Source of the DNA: Azolla caroliniana
Lineage: Eukaryota > Plantae > Polypodiophyta
Length of the DNA stretch: 12,612 nucleotides
Reading direction: 5' to 3'
NCBI GenBank assembly: GCA_043228905.1
Contig: JBHGNT010001050.1
Span: forward strand, 1 to 12,612
Shown: positions 7,839 through 12,612 of the stretch, one piece after another
How the letters are laid out: each line of letters starts with the position of its first letter
Numbering within the stretch: position 1 is the stretch's first letter
Notes under the pieces: model-generated
The model's database searches: none
Told to the model about the DNA's origin: nothing
Seen by the model: the letters and a program-made list of their open reading frames with translations, nothing else
Program-made: the position numbers and the translations under genes

Positions 7839-8420
7839 TAGGTGAATGTGAAGCTTGAGGGAGGGGAGAGGGGCATTTGAGAAAAAGTTGGTAAAGTCGG
7901 ATGAGAAATGCTGTGCACACTATTATTTGCATAAATATATATGCCGTGGCACATGAGACAACAGAAATCAAAGCTTAGATAGCGAAAAGTAAACCAAGAT
8001 GTTGGTGGTGGTGAACAAAAAGATTCCACCATCAAAATGTATTCTTTTGCTATGGATCATTACAAAAGACACCCTTCAAATTCATATACACATGAAAAAT
8101 TAGATGAAATCCATTGAAAGCGACTGTAAAATGGCCATTCCTCACAAGCTATTTTACATGGAGGACAAGGTCTATTGTGTTGCTATAGTGAGAAGCTAAC
8201 CATTTTATGTGCTCTGATATATACAAAAGATGCTCATGAAGTACCATATCAAAAACATTCTTGAAGTTTATGAAGCAATAATATAAACCCCTTACCACTT
8301 AAGTTGGTTGTCTTCACTACGAAATATAAGCTCAAACCTTACAAGCAAGCGGACATTATATGAAATGATGAATAATATCTTCCACTTGAATTGTGCAATA
8401 GAAGTAGTTGTTTCTTGCTA
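7839..8420 (+). pseudogene. Eroded PLS-class PPR gene C-terminus (E, E+/PG box, DYW deaminase domain)
   Basis: Hand translation across frameshifts gives, in order: *VNVKL (7839-7856), AFEKKLVKSDEKCCAHYY, NIYAVA (7934-7951), KPRCWWW (7991-8011), DSTIKMYSFAMDHYKRHPSNSYTHEKLDEI (8022-8111), LLCCYSEKLTILCALIYT (about 8172-8225), HIKNILEVYE. These follow the order and spacing of the E (WGNVELG..AFE....D....AYV...NIYA), PG box (KPGCSW), HxFxxxDxxHP, HSEKLA and KNLRVC motifs. The 3' end is approximate. Confidence 0.8.
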
Positions 8421-8459
8421 GTCCTCGTCATTTAGAGCAAATCCACAATCAAATGCCAT

Positions 8460-8868
8460 CTAAATCAAGACCCACTAGAAGTGGCAATTTAGAATGTCAA
8501 CCACATTCCAAGATTTGTCAACATCCATGATTAGAGTTACATACCTTCCATTTTGGTAACTGTTGATCAGAGTTACATATCTCCTATGACACATCAATTG
8601 ATGGGTTAGTTAAGGTTTTCTCCTTCCCAAGATTCTAGTGAGAGAGTAGGCGTTTCAGTGAGAGAATGTAGAGAGAGGGTGACCTTATAAGCACCCTTCT
8701 CTCTCCTTGGTAACTGTTGGTTGTCCTTATTATTCTTGTGAATATACAATTTGTATTTTGTTTTCCTATATTGAGTCTCTCTTCTCTCTTCTCTTATATA
8801 CACACATAACACACACATCTTTAGTCTGTTTTTTCCATGCTACATAATCACAAACTTGATTATTTACA
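8460..8868 (+). repeat. 5' LTR of the second copia element (3' end firm, 5' end approximate)
   Basis: Ends ...TTATTTACA directly before the PBS. TATA-like CTTATAAG near 8684. Internal short repeats TTGGTAACTGTTG (twice) and AGAGTTACATA (twice). The 5' TG could not be fixed. Confidence 0.65.
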
Positions 8869-8879
8869 TGGTATCAGAG
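8869..8879 (+). promoter_or_regulatory. Primer-binding site, initiator tRNA-Met type
   Basis: TGGTATCAGAG immediately after the LTR terminal CA; the canonical plant PBS is TGGTATCAGAGC. Confidence 0.92.
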
Positions 8880-9020
8880 TGGCTTGGTAGCTTGATCTAG
8901 CCCATCCGCGTGTGTTTTGTCCTATGCCGACATTGAAGAAGACCCGGTCCATCGCTATTATAGTATCACTACATAGCTTGTATCCGAGAAAGAAGAAGAA
9001 GGAAAACTACACCGACCACC

Positions 9021-9441
9021 ATGAATACTCAGATGGGCAACTCACTCCCTAGCGAAAAGTTGGATGGAAACAACTTTGCATCTTGGGAATACAAGATGCA
9101 CCAATACCTTGCTGGCCAAGGCTATTGGAGCTACATCGATGGAGCACAAGAATCGAAACCTAACCCAACAAACGCCGACTACTCAACATGGGAGCAAGCA
9201 ACGAGTCGAGTGTTGTATTTCTTGGCAACTTGTGTACATGACAACATGCTCGACTACATTCGGGAAGCCATGAAGCTGAAAGAAGCATGGGAGAATCTCA
9301 TGAAGAACTTTGCAACAAATACAACCATACGAAAGCTTCAACTCTACCAAGAGTTTAACAATGTCCAACAGAAGGACTTGTCCATCACAACCTACACCTT
9401 GAAGATCAAGGAGCTATGTGACACACTCGCCTGAATCAATG
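9021..9441 (+). pseudogene. Copia gag N-terminal part, truncated by a premature stop and a nested gypsy insertion
   Basis: EKLDGNNFASWEYKMHQYL...W...EAWENL...RKLQL..E...VQQ..SITTY..KIKELCDTLA. Homology to the left element continues through TGA (9432-9434, aligned to Ser) as *-I-N-V and ends abruptly at 9441/9442. Confidence 0.92.
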
Positions 9442-9876
9442 TGTTACCCGACCGACAAAGAAGGCTTAAGGATGTCCAGACTAGAGTGTGAAAGGAATAG
9501 TTTATTTGGGAACTGTTGTAATTTTATTAATATGGACGGACGGACCAGAATCGGTATGCTGATCCGGATCTGGACCGATTCTGAATAGGTGCCAGTTGGC
9601 ACCGTTTTGTACTTCGCACCGGAGACCTATATAAAGGCCCGGTTACAATGTAATTGACAACGGATAATTAATAGAACTTATCGCCTTAACCTTTAAGTAT
9701 TGATTACCGTTCTGTACTCATTGTTATATCTTATGTGTGTTAATGACGTATTGCTAAGTAACCAATTAAGGTCTAATTAAGGGTTGTGTCGTAAGTCATC
9801 TTGCCGTAACACCCTTTGGTGAAGTGTCTTAAGTGGACACCCTGTGTTAGGCTGTTGTCCGGCCCTAGGATTAACA
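9442..9876 (+). repeat. Gypsy 5' LTR, about 435 bp
   Basis: Starts TGTTA exactly where copia homology stops and ends TAACA (5-bp terminal inverted repeat). TATA box TATATAAA at 9628-9635. PBS 7 nt downstream. The end could alternatively be the CA at 9878. Confidence 0.8.
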
Positions 9877-9883
9877 CAGTTTT

Positions 9884-9893
9884 TGGCGACCAC
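9884..9893 (+). promoter_or_regulatory. Primer-binding site, probably tRNA-Arg type, truncated
   Basis: TGGCGACCAC is complementary to a 3' end GUGGUCGCCA, as recalled for eukaryotic tRNA-Arg(UCG). It lies just after the LTR end. Confidence 0.7.
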
Positions 9894-11222
9894 GATTCCT
9901 GCACAATCGCAGTGAACAGCGACGAGAAAGAGGTAATACTACGGGAAGCACATTGCGGAGTCACCGGAGGCCATTATGCCGGGGATGCTACGGCAAGGAA
10001 GATATGGCAAAGTGGCCTATGGTGGTCAACTACATTGAAAGACGCAGTCCGATACGCGAAAGAGTGTGATCTATGCCAATGAATGGGCCAGCCAACGGAA
10101 CAAGCTAGGATGCCGCACCAGCCAGTACTACCGCTAGAACCATTTCAGAAATGGGGACTGGATTTTGTCGGACCATTTAAACCACCGACAATGAGAACTG
10201 GCAACCGGTATGTGATCGTCGCGACGGACTACTGCACTAAATGGGTGGAAGCCAAAGCCCTACGAGACAACACTGCGGCGTCGATGGCAAAATTCTTATA
10301 CGAATACATTTGGTGCCGGTACGGATGCCCCATAGAGCTGATAAGCGACCAAGAAGGGCACTTTCTTGGACAGGTAGTGGAGAGCTTGACGTTATTCTAT
10401 GCGGTAGTACATAAACGGAGCACCCCGTACTACCCACAAGCCAACGGATTAGCTGAGTCAACAAACAAAATGCTACAGAATATCCTGTGCAAGATCGTCA
10501 ATGAGAATCAGACAGATTGGGACACGAAGCTGCACAGTGCGCTCTGGGCTTATTGGACAACGTACAAAACAAGCATCCGAACAACGCCGTTCCGATTAGC
10601 ATTCGGATTAGAGGCAGTCATGCCGGTCGAGTTCCAGGTACCGAGCTTATGGATCCAGATTCGGGAACGACTTAATGTAAAGGAATCGGAGGCAATTCGA
10701 TTAAAGGCTCTGTGTGAACTAGAAGAACACCAACTGGCGAGCATCATGCACCTGGAATTGGAACAACGGCGACGGAAAGCGTTTGTAGATCGGCACCGGA
10801 AGGGAAATGAAAAGATGTTCGAAATCGGCAAGCCGGTACTAGTGTTCCAGACCCCGATGGGTAAAATGCCAGGCAAACTACGGTTTATATGGACCGGACC
10901 GTACTGGATCACACACGAGTTCAATGGATCCTACCAGTTAGGGACACTTGCCGACGAGGTGCTGGGTGAATGGGTCAACCGTTTTAGACTAAAGCCATAC
11001 AGAGGACCTATGCCCAAGAACCCATTTGAACGAAGGGCCGACACCGAATCGGACGCCGGTAGGCCAACCAAGACAGCAACCTATGAGGAAAACGGCTACC
11101 ACAAAGTCGGTAAGGAGGAGCACGAGCCGGCAACCGGGGAGAGCAAAACGACGGCAAACCGTCAAGAGGCCGGCAAGTTGCGCGCTTCGGGTAAGGGTCC
11201 GACAGGACCAGAGAAAAATTAA
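9894..11222 (+). pseudogene. Gypsy integrase (HHCC zinc finger, DDE core, GPY/F) with one in-frame stop
   Basis: EAHCGVTGGH...ECDLCQ, then TGA at 10080-10082 (probably CGA>TGA), then in the same frame PFQKWGLDFVGPF, ISDQ, PQANGLAESTNK (D-35-E spacing counted) and WTGPY. Confidence 0.95.
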
Positions 11223-11238
11223 CCACACAATTAATTTC

Positions 11239-11280
11239 AAAAAAAAAAAAAAAAACAAAAGAAAAGAAAAGAAAGAAAAA
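11239..11280 (+). repeat. A17 tract and A-rich purine run just after the integrase stop
   Basis: Read directly: A17 at 11239-11255 followed by GAAAA-type units. Confidence 0.85.
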
Positions 11281-11533
11281 TCGAATCAAAGAAATCATGG
11301 AAAGGAGTGGTGGGAACGGCCATGCAAACGAGGAGTAAAGAGGCACTTCGAAAAGGTACGAGGAGGCTATGAATAGGGCATTAAACCACCGCCACATGGC
11401 ACGTAATGCTATTATAGTACACGACTTGCACACGCGTAGGCTCGAAAAAGGCGCCAAGATGTAGAGAGAAAAACCCCCACGCATCGAGAACTTCTCCTTT
11501 CGCGAACCAAGGAGAACAGACGCAGACAGATGC

Positions 11534-12612
11534 ATGAAGATCAATCGAAGAGAGCTCGCGCACAGAGAACCCCCTCACTCAGAACTTTCTCTCTCACACT
11601 CTCTCCATCGTCAAACCTCGCCAACGCTCTCCGACCTCGACGTAGAGATGGACTGCCAAACACTGTCTGAAGCCACCAAGAAATGGCTACGGCAACACGG
11701 ACTGGAGGGTTTCTTGACGATCATGGAGGCGGCGCCACACAAGGAGGCCGAAAATATTATCAAAGACATTGACACCGAGTTGATCACGGAGGAAGCGATC
11801 CGTGCGTTAACAGGCCTTCCGGAGGGGGGCATCTACACGATCGACAATCCTACCTCCGAGCAGCTCTTCAAATATTTCGGTGAGTATTCTCTCGCTAGCA
11901 AGGGCTACAGGACACATGGCGGCGAAGATATGTTATTCCGCGAAATTGCCCGTGTACTCCATGAGTTCGGCCACGTATACCCTCGACCCCCCGTTATGCC
12001 TCAGAACCGAGCAGGCTTGATTATTGCAACGTACGAAGGGGTCAAGGTGGATTGGCCGGTGCTGATCGCCGGCGGATTGTGCGCGACTATTGATACCATA
12101 AGAGGTAAGGAAGGCAAAGAAGGCCGGAAAATATGGCAAGCGGTGACGCAATGGCTCACCTTATTGGCGCCACCTGTCGAGCCCGTCCAGACCAAGAAAC
12201 GGGGAAGAGCAACGGACGGCACCCCGAAACCTACTTCAAAACAGCAACAACTGTTGGCTTCCAAGGCCACTAAGGGGAAGACGGCTGACGCAGAGAAGGC
12301 GGTAAAGGAGCGCGCCAGCCGGAAACGGCCGACGGACACGCACAAGGAGACGCCGGCACGGCCCCTGAAGAGCCCACTCCACCGATCGGTGCAGCAAGAA
12401 ATGGACACCCTGGCGGCAAGAATGAATGCCGAGACTCAGGAGGAGGAAACAGAGGAAGAGCCTACGGAGCACCTCCAGCGGCGGCCGGTGAAGAGGACCG
12501 CAGAATCAGCCGGGAAGCGTTCAGACCCACAAAAGGATGGAACGCCTGCAACCCACACTGAGAATCCCACGCCAAGGGAGGCACCGGAACCGGTTCGGAT
12601 GGAACCGATCAT
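11534..12612 (+). CDS. Retrotransposon accessory ORF of unknown function (at least 359 codons, 3'-partial)
   Basis: Hand-translated; absent from the ORF track because it has no stop in the window. Upstream in-frame stop at 11462-11464, ATGs at 11534 and 11648. MDCQTLSEATKKWLRQHGLEGFLTIM...ITEEAIRALTGLPEGG...FREIARVLHEFGH...RAGLIIATYEGVKVDWPVLIAGGL, followed by a K/R/E/P/T-rich, probably disordered tail. Confidence 0.82.
   Translation, partial: MKINRRELAHREPPHSELSLSHSLHRQTSPTLSDLDVEMDCQTLSEATKKWLRQHGLEGFLTIMEAAPHKEAENIIKDIDTELITEEAIRALTGLPEGGIYTIDNPTSEQLFKYFGEYSLASKGYRTHGGEDMLFREIARVLHEFGHVYPRPPVMPQNRAGLIIATYEGVKVDWPVLIAGGLCATIDTIRGKEGKEGRKIWQAVTQWLTLLAPPVEPVQTKKRGRATDGTPKPTSKQQQLLASKATKGKTADAEKAVKERASRKRPTDTHKETPARPLKSPLHRSVQQEMDTLAARMNAETQEEETEEEPTEHLQRRPVKRTAESAGKRSDPQKDGTPATHTENPTPREAPEPVRMEPI

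Larger units (their letters stand above)
9442..12612 (+). mobile_element. Ty3/gypsy non-chromoviral (Athila/Tat-like) LTR retrotransposon, internally deleted, nested in copia gag; continues beyond the right edge
   Basis: LTR, PBS, integrase with GPY/F motif and no chromodomain, then an extra sense ORF. Confidence 0.9.

Noticed and set aside
8211-8220. GCTCTGATAT resembling a reverse tRNA-Met PBS
   Set aside because: Lacks the terminal CCA complement and an adjacent LTR end; it falls in the ALI codons of the DYW remnant.
9806-9811. GTAACA as an alternative gypsy LTR end (6-bp match to TGTTAC)
   Set aside because: The convincing PBS lies after the TAACA at 9876; only the 3' LTR could settle it.
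10237-12472. Minus-strand ORFs over the gypsy region (for example 10550-10924, 11008-11544, 12001-12408)
   Set aside because: Antisense shadows of integrase and the accessory ORF, or translations of the poly(A) tract.
1-12612. CRISPR arrays, rRNA/tRNA genes, prokaryotic operons or defence systems
   Set aside because: No regularly spaced repeat-spacer array or structural RNA signature was seen, and all content is eukaryotic plant-like.

Overview
Land-plant nuclear DNA, probably a fern or another seed-free plant (inferred from the PPR E/DYW wording, the secretory-type PPO and the retroelement families). One intact, intronless host gene, a polyphenol oxidase (5715-7340, +), lies in a nest of transposable elements. 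Left of it: a decayed Ty1/copia element on the minus strand (1-2580) and a 1040-bp non-autonomous hAT element with perfect 21-bp TIRs and an 8-bp TSD (2661-3700). The PPO promoter and first codons are tandemly duplicated (period 274 bp). Right of it: a heavily eroded PPR E/E+/DYW RNA-editing-factor pseudogene absent from the ORF track (about 7839-8420), then a second copia element (LTR, PBS, gag). That gag is interrupted at 9442 by a non-chromoviral Ty3/gypsy element whose PBS is joined directly to integrase (gag, PR, RT and RNase H missing) and which carries an uninterrupted accessory ORF of at least 359 codons running off the window. No prokaryotic-type systems (CRISPR, rRNA, tRNA) were seen. 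All family assignments are by eye from motifs; no database search was run.
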